A stretch of 64,000 nucleotides of DNA from the IMG/VR virus record IMGVR_UViG_3300007542_004333. One strand, written 5' to 3'. Positions within the stretch are counted from its first letter, which is position 1, and every line of letters begins with the position of its first letter. This document shows, piece by piece, positions 9,616 to 21,200 of this stretch. The translations under genes were made by a program, and so were the position numbers. The notes beneath the pieces were generated by a model. The model had not been told where the DNA came from and did not search any database. It saw only the letters and a program-made list of their open reading frames with translations. This stretch comes from an uncultured virus (IMG/VR IMGVR_UViG_3300007542_004333) (taxonomy: Duplodnaviria > Heunggongvirae > Uroviricota > Caudoviricetes).

Positions 9616-10346
9616 TGACAGTTCTTGTTATAGGAGAGAGTTGTTTAGATATATTTATGTACGGAGAATGTAAAAGGTTGTGTCCTGAAGCCCCCGTACC
9701 TGTTTTTAATCCTTTGTATAAAATTGAAAATGGAGGAATGGCTTATAATGTTTATCAAAATCTACAATCTCTAGAAGTTGAATGCACTCTACACACAAAC
9801 AATAATTTTAAAAATATTACAAAAACTAGATTTATTGATGAAAAGACAAATCATATGTTTATGAGACTTGATAAAAATGATAATTCTTATGATAAATGTG
9901 ATATTAAGAAAATAGATTTTTCTCAGTATGCGGTTATTCTAATTTCTGATTATAACAAAGGTTTTCTTACGGAAGAAGATATAAAGTTTATTGGAGAAAA
10001 TCATGATTGTGTATTTTTAGATACAAAAAAGATTTTAGGCTCGTGGTGTAAAAGCATAAATTATATTAAGATTAACCTTGATGAATATGAAAAAACAAAA
10101 CACATATTAGATGAAGAAATATTAAACACCCTAATAGTAACAATGGGATCAGATGGGGCAAAGTATAATAATATGATTTATCCAGTACCAAAAGTAGAAA
10201 TCAAAGACACATCGGGTGCTGGTGATACTTTTATTGCTGCTATGGTTGCCGAATATGTAAAATCTAAAAATATTCATAAATCTATAAAATTCGGTAATAC
10301 ATGTGCTACAATTGTGGTACAGAAAAAAGGCGTTACTATAGTATGA
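9615..10346 (+). CDS. Heptose 7-phosphate kinase-like (HldE/RfaE domain I, PfkB family)
   Basis: VIGESCLD, RLCPEAPVPV, ISDYNKG and DTSGAGDTF. Confidence 0.85.
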   Translation: MTVLVIGESCLDIFMYGECKRLCPEAPVPVFNPLYKIENGGMAYNVYQNLQSLEVECTLHTNNNFKNITKTRFIDEKTNHMFMRLDKNDNSYDKCDIKKIDFSQYAVILISDYNKGFLTEEDIKFIGENHDCVFLDTKKILGSWCKSINYIKINLDEYEKTKHILDEEILNTLIVTMGSDGAKYNNMIYPVPKVEIKDTSGAGDTFIAAMVAEYVKSKNIHKSIKFGNTCATIVVQKKGVTIV

Positions 10347-10735
10347 AAGTTATATGGACAAACGGTTGTTTTGACGTTTTACATCGAGGACATATAGAAT
10401 TATTTAAATATGCTAAGTCTCTTGGTGATTGGTTGGTGGTCGGAATTGATACTGACCAGAGAGTTAGAGCCGCTAAGGGAGAGTCGCGCCCTTTTAACAC
10501 TATAGAAGATAGGGTTATGTTACTTGAATCAATTAAGTACATTGACGAAATAAGAGTGTTTAACCACGATGATGAGCTTGATACACAGATTCTTTTAAGT
10601 CGTGCTGAAATAATGGTGGTAGGTTCCGATTACAAAGATAAAAGAGTGATCGGCTCCAGACATGTGCAGGAAGTAAAATTTTTTGATAGAATAGAAGGAT
10701 ACTCAACAACAAATATATTGGTAGGTTTACAATGA
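10343..10735 (+). CDS. Heptose 1-phosphate adenylyltransferase-like (HldE/RfaE domain II)
   Basis: WTNGCFDVLHRGH (HxGH), KGESRP and GYSTT. Confidence 0.85.
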   Translation: MKVIWTNGCFDVLHRGHIELFKYAKSLGDWLVVGIDTDQRVRAAKGESRPFNTIEDRVMLLESIKYIDEIRVFNHDDELDTQILLSRAEIMVVGSDYKDKRVIGSRHVQEVKFFDRIEGYSTTNILVGLQ

Positions 10736-11052
10736 CATATGTTTTTGATATAGATGGTACAATTTGCACCAATACTAATGGAAAATATTCAAGAGCAGAG
10801 CCTCTACAAGACAGAATAGACACTGTAAATAAGTTATATGACCAAGGACATACCATTTATTTTTTAACAGCAAGAGGTATGGGCAGAAGCGGAAATTCTA
10901 TTGCTTTTGCTTATGAGGCTTTTGAGGTTTTAACAAAATCACAACTAAAAGAATGGGGTGTTAAATATCATCGTTTGTTTTTAGGCAAACCATCTGGTGA
11001 TTTTTATATTGATGACAAAGGAATGAAAGATGAAGACTTCTTTGGAAATTAA
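10732..11052 (+). CDS. Small HAD-family phosphatase (capsule-biosynthesis type)
   Basis: FDIDGTIC, FLTARG and GKP..DFYIDDK. Confidence 0.8.
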   Translation: MTYVFDIDGTICTNTNGKYSRAEPLQDRIDTVNKLYDQGHTIYFLTARGMGRSGNSIAFAYEAFEVLTKSQLKEWGVKYHRLFLGKPSGDFYIDDKGMKDEDFFGN

Positions 11053-11389
11053 ATTTGTCCCCAAAGGCTGGGGATTTGAAAAATGGATCGTTAACTGCGA
11101 AGAGTATTGCGGAAAGCTTCTCTATTTTGTCAAAGACAAAAAATGCTCTTGGCATTATCATGAACTAAAAGATGAAGTTTTTTATATCCAATCTGGAAAA
11201 ATAAAAGTTCTTTTTTCAGACACAGATGATATTGAAAAAGCACAGGAAATAATACTTGGATCGGGCGACAATTTCCATGTATATCGTGGGCTTAGACACC
11301 AAATGATAGCGTTAGAAGACACTGAATTGTTTGAGTTTTCAACTCAACATTTTGATTCAGATAGTTATAGAATTCAAAAAGGAGATTAA
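11030..11389 (+). CDS. Cupin-domain protein (sugar isomerase-like)
   Basis: PKGWGFE, SWHYHELKDEVFY and LRHQM...LFEFST. Confidence 0.75.
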   Translation: MKTSLEIKFVPKGWGFEKWIVNCEEYCGKLLYFVKDKKCSWHYHELKDEVFYIQSGKIKVLFSDTDDIEKAQEIILGSGDNFHVYRGLRHQMIALEDTELFEFSTQHFDSDSYRIQKGD

Positions 11390-11390
11390 T

Positions 11391-11600
11391 ATGGAAAACA
11401 TGAGATTATCAAACCAAGCGCTTGGTGCTATTATGATGGCTTTGCAAGAGTCGCTACTACATCAGCTAGATATTGTGCCTATTTTAAAGGGCTTTGAGCT
11501 AAACCTTTCAGAAGAGGGGCTAGTTGTAATGAACCCTCCAACAGTTCGCATTACTGGTGAGCAGATTTCAGAAGATGATCTAAACAGCACAGTAAGCTAA
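11391..11600 (+). CDS. Hypothetical protein
   Basis: ATG at 11391 after SD GGAG; tightly packed with its neighbours. Confidence 0.6.
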   Translation: MENMRLSNQALGAIMMALQESLLHQLDIVPILKGFELNLSEEGLVVMNPPTVRITGEQISEDDLNSTVS

Positions 11601-11860
11601 TGCCGAGATATAAATACTCATGCCAAGATTGCGATTCAGAGAAAATGGTTTTTCATTTGTACTCTGAGTCGCCTATTGTTATTTGCGATGTTTGTGAGTC
11701 ACAACTTGTGCGTGGCTTGACTTCCCCTTCATTGAAAAAAGAAGTGATAGAATCAAATGCACAAGTTGGAAAACTAACAAAGCAATATATAGAAGATAAC
11801 AGAAAGCTTCTAAAAGAAGAGCAACAGAAAGCAAGGAAACAAACTTATGAGCCGACTTGA
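11600..11860 (+). CDS. FmdB-family zinc-ribbon protein
   Basis: MPRYKYSCQDC...CDVCES. Confidence 0.7.
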   Translation: MPRYKYSCQDCDSEKMVFHLYSESPIVICDVCESQLVRGLTSPSLKKEVIESNAQVGKLTKQYIEDNRKLLKEEQQKARKQTYEPT

Positions 11861-12191
11861 AATTATTTTATCAGCGATTTTGTTGGTTTCTCTTGTATTT
11901 AATGTTGGCATGCTTATTTATGCTCGTTCAGCGATTATAAGATTATTATCTATCTCTGAAGAGCTTGGCGATCTACAAAGCATGGTAGAATCGTTTGCGG
12001 CACACGTACAGTCAATTTACGAATTAGAAATGTATTATGGCGATAATACTTTGAAGTTTTTATTAGATCATGCCTCGTCTTTTAGCGAGCAGTTAACAAC
12101 TTTTGAATATATCTATTCTTTAACTGCCGAAGAAGAGCAAACGCAGTTAAAGGAAACAATAGATGAAGAACAGGCAACGCAGGTCGAGTAG
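11847..12191 (+). CDS. Hypothetical membrane-anchored protein
   Basis: N-terminal hydrophobic helix followed by a helical domain. Confidence 0.55.
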   Translation: MSRLEIILSAILLVSLVFNVGMLIYARSAIIRLLSISEELGDLQSMVESFAAHVQSIYELEMYYGDNTLKFLLDHASSFSEQLTTFEYIYSLTAEEEQTQLKETIDEEQATQVE

Positions 12192-12858
12192 AGAACCAAA
12201 TCATTATTTTACTCAAGTTCATGAAGATGCAATTATAGGGTATGTCAATAGTGATGATTTAAAAGAAAAGACATACCTTTATGAAAACTTTATACAACCT
12301 GCTTTTTCTGAAATGGTTGATAAAATAGTTTTTACTTACAAATTTACAACCTTACCAAACTGTGATGATTTGCGAGAAGAATGCAAAATATGGTTAGTTA
12401 CAGTTCTCGATAAATATAGTCCAGAAAAAGCAAAGGCATTTTCTTATTTTTCTGTTGTCTCAAAGAACTGGTTTATTCATAAGGTAAAACAACAGAAAAA
12501 GAAAAATACAAGAGAGATTGATTTAGACAACATCTCTAAAAAATATGAAGAACAATATTTATCAACCCAAAATGCTTATGAAGTAAATCGTTTACAGAAA
12601 GAGTTCTGGCAATCTTTTTACGAGGAAATAAAAGATTGGAATACAGAGTCCATGAAAGAAAACGATTTAAAAGTTTATAAAGCTATTTTGATTCTCTTTG
12701 AGTCCAAAGAAGACATTGAAATTTTTAACAAGAAAGCTATTTACTTATATCTTCGCGAGATTACTGATTTAAACACTAAACAAATAGTTAATTCTTTAAA
12801 GAAGTTTAGAAAGCAGTATTCATCATTTAAAGAAGATTGGGAAAATGGTTTAATATGA
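12163..12858 (+). CDS. Phage late sigma factor, T4 gp55-like
   Basis: Sigma region-2-like LDKYSPEKAKAFSYFSVVSKNWF and N-terminal HYFT; lies just before the structural module. Confidence 0.65.
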   Translation: MKNRQRRSSREPNHYFTQVHEDAIIGYVNSDDLKEKTYLYENFIQPAFSEMVDKIVFTYKFTTLPNCDDLREECKIWLVTVLDKYSPEKAKAFSYFSVVSKNWFIHKVKQQKKKNTREIDLDNISKKYEEQYLSTQNAYEVNRLQKEFWQSFYEEIKDWNTESMKENDLKVYKAILILFESKEDIEIFNKKAIYLYLREITDLNTKQIVNSLKKFRKQYSSFKEDWENGLI

Positions 12859-13151
12859 GCAAAGATATTGATTCATTAATTAGCGAAGCATTAGACAACA
12901 TACGAGATGATCGCAAGATAGCTCGTGAGTTTTTAAATGAGATCGCAAACCAAATCGCGGTTAATGCAGAAAATAATAAATATCTTTCACCTGTAGCTGC
13001 AAAACATATAGAAACCATGCAACGTTCAAACGAGCAGTTAGTTAAAATTATCGGTTTACGTCAAAAAGCAAAAATTCAATCTTTTGAGCTTACAGACGAC
13101 GATAAAAATGACATCTTTGATATGCTCCAAGATAGTAATCAGGAGTCATAA
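12855..13151 (+). CDS. Hypothetical helical protein (small-terminase-like size, function unproven)
   Basis: Coupled to the sigma gene; all-helical 98-aa sequence. Confidence 0.45.
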   Translation: MSKDIDSLISEALDNIRDDRKIAREFLNEIANQIAVNAENNKYLSPVAAKHIETMQRSNEQLVKIIGLRQKAKIQSFELTDDDKNDIFDMLQDSNQES

Positions 13152-13153
13152 TC

Positions 13154-14278
13154 ATGTCTCTTTCATTAAGGGAGCTAGCAGAGATTCTTTTTGTTAAAAC
13201 ACTTGACGATGGAACAAATGCGTTTAAAAACGAAAACTCCTTTAAGATTAGGGTGATTAGTAAGCCAACAAGATTTTCTGGACCTCAAACTTCAAGTGGT
13301 GATACCGAGGAGAAGGAGACAGAAGATGGAAGAGCCGAAACTAAGTTTATTTTTATGGGAAGAATATTACAAAACAATATGGCTCATGAAAGTTACTTGC
13401 CTGACATTTGTGATCTTTCTGTCGCTTCTGATCCTTACAAACAAAATGTTCTTGGTAGTTTGCATACAAGAATAATAGCTAGTACAAAAATCAGCCCTGA
13501 CGTTGGCAATCTACAAATTGGTGATGAGATCGTGGGTGAATGTCGCGCATCTGATGTTGGAGATTTTGACTTACAAACAATAGAATTATCCAGAATATCA
13601 GAAATATTCCAAAAATCACCAGAGGGCGGCGCACCTTGTGAAAGTTTAAAAGATGCTTTTGACACATCTCCAGTTTTTTCTTTAGCAGAACTTAGGAATG
13701 GTGAAAATCCAGGTAATATAGAAAATACACAAAAGCTTTATGACTACTGGACAAGCCAGTACCCTAACGCAGCAAAATTGTTTCCTCCAGAGGGACATTG
13801 TGGCGGCATAGGCGGCTATGACATAGTGCTTTGTAAGACAGGCAAGATAGGAACAAAGAATGTAACTTTACACCCCGTTTTTTGGGATAAAGTAAAAGAA
13901 GTTTACGAGAACGTTAAAGCACAAGGGTTTGGTGAAAAATTCGACGCTGGAGGTGGACTTAGAAGCGTGGAGACGCAAATGTCACTAAGAATAACTAATT
14001 CTATAAAAGCAGGAAACGATTTTACCTATGAACAACTTTTGACAATAAGTTCTGGCGATGGCAATTTTGAACCTCCTGCTGCTCCTATCCCAACTAAATC
14101 GCCAGAAGATGGTTCTCGACATTTATTTGGTCTTGCGATAGACTTTTCTGGCATTCTAGGTACTGATTCAGCTAAAAATTCAAAAACTTACAACTACATG
14201 CTGGATTTAGAGAAAAAGACAGATGGTTTTAAAAATTATAGGGAAGAACCCTGGCACTGGAGCATAGACGGTAGATAA
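13154..14278 (+). CDS. Probable baseplate-associated protein with C-terminal M15 (VanY-like) Zn peptidase
   Basis: GLRS, SRHLFGLAIDF (SxHxxGxAxD) and EPWHW (ExxH) motifs. Confidence 0.75.
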   Translation: MSLSLRELAEILFVKTLDDGTNAFKNENSFKIRVISKPTRFSGPQTSSGDTEEKETEDGRAETKFIFMGRILQNNMAHESYLPDICDLSVASDPYKQNVLGSLHTRIIASTKISPDVGNLQIGDEIVGECRASDVGDFDLQTIELSRISEIFQKSPEGGAPCESLKDAFDTSPVFSLAELRNGENPGNIENTQKLYDYWTSQYPNAAKLFPPEGHCGGIGGYDIVLCKTGKIGTKNVTLHPVFWDKVKEVYENVKAQGFGEKFDAGGGLRSVETQMSLRITNSIKAGNDFTYEQLLTISSGDGNFEPPAAPIPTKSPEDGSRHLFGLAIDFSGILGTDSAKNSKTYNYMLDLEKKTDGFKNYREEPWHWSIDGR

Positions 14279-14281
14279 AAA

Positions 14282-15256
14282 ATGGCAAAAAAGAAATTAT
14301 CAGATTTAGTCAAAGGCAATTCAGAAGATCCAACTCTAACCGCACAAGAGATTATTGATTCTGGAGCACAAATAAACTCAGTACCTACTGGAACTGGATT
14401 ATTTAACACGCCTTTATACGGCACTCCTTTTACTTACGATACTCCCGCTGGCGCTTCCCAACTTGAAAATAAAGGTGCTTATATTGTATTTGGTCAAGTT
14501 CCTCCTTCCGGTAAAACAAGCGGATATGGTGCCAAAGGTATTCCAGCTTCTTCAATCGATTTGGTTGTAGGTCGCCATTCTTCGACTTATGGTGGAAAAG
14601 GACCGAAAGAAGGTTCTGTTATTGATAATAACTTTTCAGCAGATGCAGCAAGAATTTATATTTCAAGGCTCTGCGACATTGATCAGATCTTTGGATTAGA
14701 ATCTTCGCCAACAAAAAAAGAAGGACGAGGATTAATAGCGCGTTCTGGTATTGGCATTAAAGCAGATGGTGTGCGTATTATCGGGCGCGAAGGAGTCAAG
14801 ATTACTACTGGCAAAATGCGTGGTGGCAAACTTGGACCTAAAGGTGAAACAAATTCTCTTGGTGGTGTTTTAGAATCAAAAGCTCCAAAAATTGAATTGG
14901 TCGCAGGCAATAACTATAGCTTAAAATTCAATAGCAAAGATGCATTTGACCAAGTTCAAGGCGTGGCTTTAGGAAAAAGAACAGAGCTTTGTATTTCAGA
15001 GTTAAACGACATTATAGGCGAACTTTGGAGTGCAGTATTTAATATGACATTAATACAAATAGGTGTTAATATTCCTCTTGGTGTTAGTCCTTTGCCGTGG
15101 CAGGCTCCTGCTGTTGCTTATGGAAACAGCCAGTATGCATCTAAAGTTTTAACTTCTTTGTACCAAACAAGAGTCAATTCAACACTTTGGAAAAATAGAT
15201 ATATTGGAGCTACCGCTGATCGCTACATCGTATCTAAAAACGTTAAAACAAACTAA
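14282..15256 (+). CDS. Probable baseplate hub/spike (gp5 C-terminal-like) protein
   Basis: Beta-rich RSGIGIKADGVRIIGREGVKITTG; lies between the peptidase gene and the wedge genes. Confidence 0.45.
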   Translation: MAKKKLSDLVKGNSEDPTLTAQEIIDSGAQINSVPTGTGLFNTPLYGTPFTYDTPAGASQLENKGAYIVFGQVPPSGKTSGYGAKGIPASSIDLVVGRHSSTYGGKGPKEGSVIDNNFSADAARIYISRLCDIDQIFGLESSPTKKEGRGLIARSGIGIKADGVRIIGREGVKITTGKMRGGKLGPKGETNSLGGVLESKAPKIELVAGNNYSLKFNSKDAFDQVQGVALGKRTELCISELNDIIGELWSAVFNMTLIQIGVNIPLGVSPLPWQAPAVAYGNSQYASKVLTSLYQTRVNSTLWKNRYIGATADRYIVSKNVKTN

Positions 15257-15280
15257 CTACTGTACACAAAGGTAAATTAT

Positions 15281-18200
15281 ATGGCTGAATCAAAGTTTTT
15301 ACCATTCCAAGATGTTGATGGTGATGGGTTTAACGATTCTTGTAAAGAAGAAGTAAGAATAGAAGACGTTAAAGAATGTCCCACTTGCACTCCAGATCCA
15401 AATGCGATAATTCCTATTTGGTACAACTTGACGGAATACGAGCCGTATTTTAATGGTCGAGAATGCCAATACCAAATTACTATTACTACAACAGAATCAA
15501 ATACTGGCTATACAGATGGAATGTCAGATAGTGAAGCTCAAAGCGCTTTAAATAATATTTATGATGCTTATTCTGATCAAGCAATTGAGTTTCTTTTGTT
15601 GTCTTACAATAAAAACGACACAGAAGGAACTCGCTCTTTTATAAAAGAAAATCTTGAGTATACTGATTATTATCTTGATCCACGACAATTCTCTAAATTA
15701 AAATTACTTTACTCTGTCCCAATTGAAGTTCTGGACGCTATTGGAGAATCAGATTCAGAAGAAGAATCAGAAACAGAAGCTGGAGATATTGAATTTACCT
15801 ATTCTGGTGATGAGATCGCCATTTTAGCACTTAAAATTCGTAAAGGTCTTAGTCTTTATAACCGCTATTATAAAGCATATCAGTTCACTCAAGAAGAAAG
15901 TCTTCGATTTTTAGACGATGATCGTGTTTTCAACTTAGGCAACTATGGTGATTTTGGGTTTGGCAACTCAAGCATGAAGTCTTTAATAGACGACCTTGGA
16001 GCTTTCTTTTCAAAATACAATTATTCAATCCCAGGCACAGATGGACTATTCTTAAAAGGCAGAAATGTAGTTACAGAAGCTACATTTACTATTACTTTTA
16101 ATCAAAATCTTAGTCGGTATGTTGTCAAGAAAATAGAGTTTTTTTATGAAGCGTGTGGTTCTAAGCCTATTGTTTGGGGACAGAAAAGGTGTAACGATTT
16201 AAACAGCAAGCAAGCGTGGAAAGATCAAACAGCAGTTTATTATTTCTCTCGCATGAAAGAGATGGAAACTGACTTAACAGCAAGAGAGCCCTTACCTTGG
16301 CTTGATTTTGTTATTAAACATACATTTCCAGAAGTCTATTCCGCTGGTGGCGATAACTTAACAGCTAATTTGTCTGCCGGAAGTTGTATTGCAAGTGCGC
16401 TTGCAGAAGAAGGAAAGCAACTCGGTCAAGATATTTTAGATGATGTATTTGGTATTGGTGATGCTATTGCTTATAAGTTCCACGAATCGCTGTGTAAGTC
16501 TGTAAGCGAAGCAAAAAGAGAAAACAGGTTTACAGCCGACCTAGATTTTTCGTTAGAAGTTAGAACCCTTGTGGCTGTTGGAAATCTTGACGAAGCTGAA
16601 CAAAATATGAAAGCGATGGCTTTAGAGCAAGCTTACGCCGAGCTTGAACAAGGCAAACAACCATTTTTAAATTTATGTGACACGATTCTTATTGGAGGAT
16701 CTAGTTCGTTAGACAAAATTAATTTTATTTCTTGTTTTGCTGGCGGTTCAACTGGCAGTAGTACCGATTTTGACATTAATCAATTGTGGGAGCTTGGGTT
16801 AGACGATATTAAATTATGTGGTCTTTATGATGCGCTAATTGATGTTATTAATTGTTTGATGAGCGGTCTGACACTTGAAGAATCACTTTCTAAAATTACT
16901 GAATCTGCTCTACGTGGAATGTCAATAACCAATTTTGGAGATTTATTTGTAGGCTTGCCCCCAGACAAACAAGCAGAACTAGACGCCCTTGTAAAGCAAA
17001 AGCTAGAAAGTGGCGATATTTTTAAAGAAGGCTCAACAAATCAAGAAATTTCTGATGCAATAGCTGCTGGAAATATTTCTGCTTTACCTCCGTGGGAAGA
17101 TAATGATGCTGGTTCAGAAAGCTTAAATGACACGACGGGAGCAAATTCCAGTAACCAACAAACGCAACAAGAAAAAAGAACACTTGCTAGTCAGCTAGAT
17201 CCGGCATCTGCGGCAAATAAATTGAGTTCTAGTATCGTATTGGAAGCTTATATCCAAGCAATGCTTGAGGTCTATGGAAACAACTTATTAGAATTAGTAG
17301 ATGAATTAAATCGATTCCCAGGCGCACGTTTAATTTCAAATATTATTGCTTTGGTGGATTGTCCAGTGCCACCTCTTTTCGAGCCAAGCATAATTGATTT
17401 TATTAAAGAAATTGATTTACCTTTTTGTGAGAACATAGATGATCTAACATTTCCAAATTTTCAAAATCCATTTGTTTGGTTGCCTCTTAGATTTGATTTG
17501 ACCGCATCCCTTTTCGCAGCTATTCGATGCACAATTCAAGTTACAATAATGAAGATCTTAATTAAATTAATTGTTAAGATTTGCCAAACACTTGGAAACG
17601 CAACTTGTAATAGACTAGAATTAGCAGGGGATATTTTGTCGAACAGCCCCCAGCTTTCAACTGGAAGACAAAATTTAGTAAACTTAATTAGAGAGTCTAT
17701 TTGCGGAGAGAATGCAGCAAGCGAAGACGTTGATAATACAATTATAGATATGGTTGCTTCTCTCGGAGTTGGTTCTGCTGCTCTTGCAAATACAGAACAA
17801 ACTTTGCAATTTGCTGAAGATGTTAGTTCATCACTAACACAAGCAGAGTTAACGCAGTTAATCCTCGGGCAAGCAACAGACGAAACTCTTTCAATAATTG
17901 ATTCTCTTATTGAATATGAGTATCCAGATTATAGATCTACGATTCCAAACAGACAAGCAATTGGAAGTTTTTTTGGCAATATGGGCAAGCTTATGCCAGC
18001 CGATTTTAGAGATTCTTTAGGTCAATCTTTGGGCAACATTTTAGATGATAGTCCAGCAAACCCAAGCATCTGTTTGGATCCAGCTTTAGTGGAAAACTTT
18101 TGTGAAACAAGATTCTCAATATTAGAAGGCAGAGCATCACCAGAACAAATCTCTCAAATGTGCGATAACTCAAGAGGTCTTGAGGATTTAGGTGATTTTG

Positions 18201-21200
18201 CAAATGTTTTGGATTGTATTTCAAAGCCTGATGGTATTGCTTGTTATTTACAGCAGCAAATGCCGCCGTTAGTTTCAGATCCTGGTTGTAATAACGGCAT
18301 TATTCCTTACGAGTCCGAAGTTGCATCACAATCAACAACGTTCGCGATTGGTGGAGATTTTGAACAGTTACAAGTTGATTATTCAAAAGACATGATTGGC
18401 AACGGTCCTGGTGAAGATAATTGGGGTTTAATCAACATGATGTTGTCTGACACTATGGGCATTCCCCTTACCGCGCATACAAGAAGAGCAATTTTAAGAC
18501 CAAATTACGTTGATGGGTACGGAACATTTTCACCTACTGATGCTCAAATGGCTGCAATCTTTTTAACAAATCCGCTCCTTGGTCTTGCACTTACTCCGTT
18601 TATTGCTGATTTCCAAAGAGGAGCTTTCCCAACAAAAGTTGCTGCGTATCTTCAAGAAGAAATGAATAACATAGGGAGTTCAATCACAACAAATATAAAC
18701 AACGAAGTTTCAGAAGAAGAGCAATGGTCTTTATCACTGAAGGAACTTGGCATGGATGGTATATTTGGAAGTGTCGATCTTCTTGGTATACCTGACCTTG
18801 GATATAATGTAGATGTTCAGCCAATAGAATCTGATGGTAAAATAGAAGAAGTTCAGTTTACTTATTTACCAAGAAAAGCTGAACCTGATTTATCTTTTAC
18901 TTATTATGATAATGCAAAAGGATTAAAAGCTACTGATGAATCAGATTTTAGTTGGGGCTTCGAGCTTCAAAGCTTCTTTGGGGATTTAGCTTTAAATGAA
19001 TCTGGATCTGTAGAAAACATCTTTAGCGATAATGTACGCATTAGAATTTACGACTACAACAACCAAAATGCAAAAGTAAACGAAATTAATAGTGATTTTA
19101 TTCCTCCAGTATTTGAAGGAGAAGGCGACGAAATAAGCTCAGATGCAGCAACTTCAACAGCCGAGAAGAAAGATCCTTCAATTATCACAGATTTAAAATA
19201 CGAATTTATTGGCGTTGATAATACTTTAACGAGAATTGCTCCTAATGGCGATAGTATGGAGTTATATTTAAATGATAACTACCCAAGTTTTATAGGTCAG
19301 TTCGGCGGCGACAAGCCAGCAAGCCCGCCTCAATCAACTTTATTCAAAGAAATGCTGGAAATGAAAAACGATGATTCTATTACAATTTCAGATGTCAATA
19401 AACTACGTGCGCAAGTAATAAAACAATTCTCAAAAACTGTTTTTACTACAATCTCGGATTATGAAAGCGACCAAAGTGCTTGGAATTATGGTGCGCAGTT
19501 TGAGAACTTAACAGAAGAAGATACGGCATATGGTATCAACCAAGACGGTGAATGGGTTCCGTATGCTGATACTGGATATTCAAATAGAGACATGATCTTG
19601 GGTATCAGCTATGATCAATACAAAAATGATATTGCTGAAACGCCAGATAAAACTAGAATCTTTTATCTTGATCCTGCAAAGTACGGTGGAAATTATGTTA
19701 GTCCACCACTATACATCAAGCCACAAACGCCTGAAGGTTGGATGGGTGTGGTGGATGTATTCTTTCCTGAGTTAAGTGCGTGCAAGCCACAAATTGCAGA
19801 TGTTGTTAATTTTGAATCTATTCAAGATATGATAGACGAAATTTATCCCAACATCCCAGAAGATGAGCGATTAAAATACGACGAAGATTGCATAGTTGAG
19901 CTTCCGTATAACAGAGTTATGACTCGTGCTGCCAAAGCCAGTATGCAAGGGCTTATTATGGCAGCAACACGCATCTTTATTAGCGCGAGCATGATTAAGA
20001 CTCTCCCAACATTTTCTCGTTTTGCTCCAAAGTTCCCGCAGATATTTAGCTCTGTTTATGCTTCTTTTATTGTTGAGAACATGGAAAAGTCATTTAGAGA
20101 TGTTAAAAACCCTCCGTGGGAGATCTTCAACCTTTTCAGCGACGATGAATTCTGGTATTCTTTCTTAGAGCAGTCAGTTCAGACTTATGCTTATCTTGTA
20201 GATATTGGAAAAATCGAAGCTCCACCTGAAGTTTTAGATGCGCTCTTTAGGTTAAACGACCTCCAAGAAGAGTACGAGTATCCCTACAAAGAAGAAAGAA
20301 AAGAAGCAGTTGAGATTGGTGAAATTAACCGCTTAACTAACCTTAAAAATTACAGACAAAAGAAAAATCTTGAAGCTGTTAGGGACACAGAAGAAGATGC
20401 AAAACTAATATTAACAGATTTCGTTGTCCAGCAATTAAATGAGATGGGCAAGAACTTTATGGTTAATTTAAAACGTATTAATCTTGAGCCAGACATCCTT
20501 GATTTAGATTATTATATTTTTGAAAAAATGTGTCAAGGTTCGACACTAACACTTAACGAATCATTAAATGTTGATGGGACTTACTCCGCGACTAATGGAG
20601 ACTTGCCAACGATTCCTTACGAAGAAAACGAGGAAGTTGAGGAGCCTTATTACACAAACGGAGCACAACTAACTGTTTCAGAATCAAATGAAGGAACTAG
20701 AACAGTTGGACAAGAATATATTGGCTATTATCATGTTCACATCGATTCAACGACTGGTCTTCCAATTTACATGGCTGGGGAATATCATGACGAAGAAGCA
20801 TCACAAGATATATTAACTCCATTTGCGAATATTGTAGAAGTTAAAGTTGGTGACGTTCCAGAGTACGGTAGCGGATTTAGTTACGATCAGGCACAGCCTT
20901 TCGCATTACAAAAATATATTTCAATCAATGGAGAGAGGTATAGCCCAACAGAAGCTTCATCAGAAATAACTTCAAATGAAAATCTTGATTTATTAATCTC
21001 CGAAGTTTATCCTGGCGACATGAGGTTAATAGAGGACGAAAGTGGAAATGCTGTTGGTATCAAAGGTAAGCTTGGAGTTAGATACGGTTTAGCTTTTGGG
21101 ACGTATTATAATGGTATTTACAGAGAAATAACTTCTGTTGAAATTGATGCACTTGATCTTCCGTTATCTGATTTCAAAAATCTAACTGGCGATAGTTTAA

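Noticed and set aside
1..11389. Bacterial O-antigen/LPS locus with an adjacent prophage
   Set aside because: There is no integrase, att site, wzx/wzy or housekeeping gene, and the island runs without a break into phage genes on the same strand.
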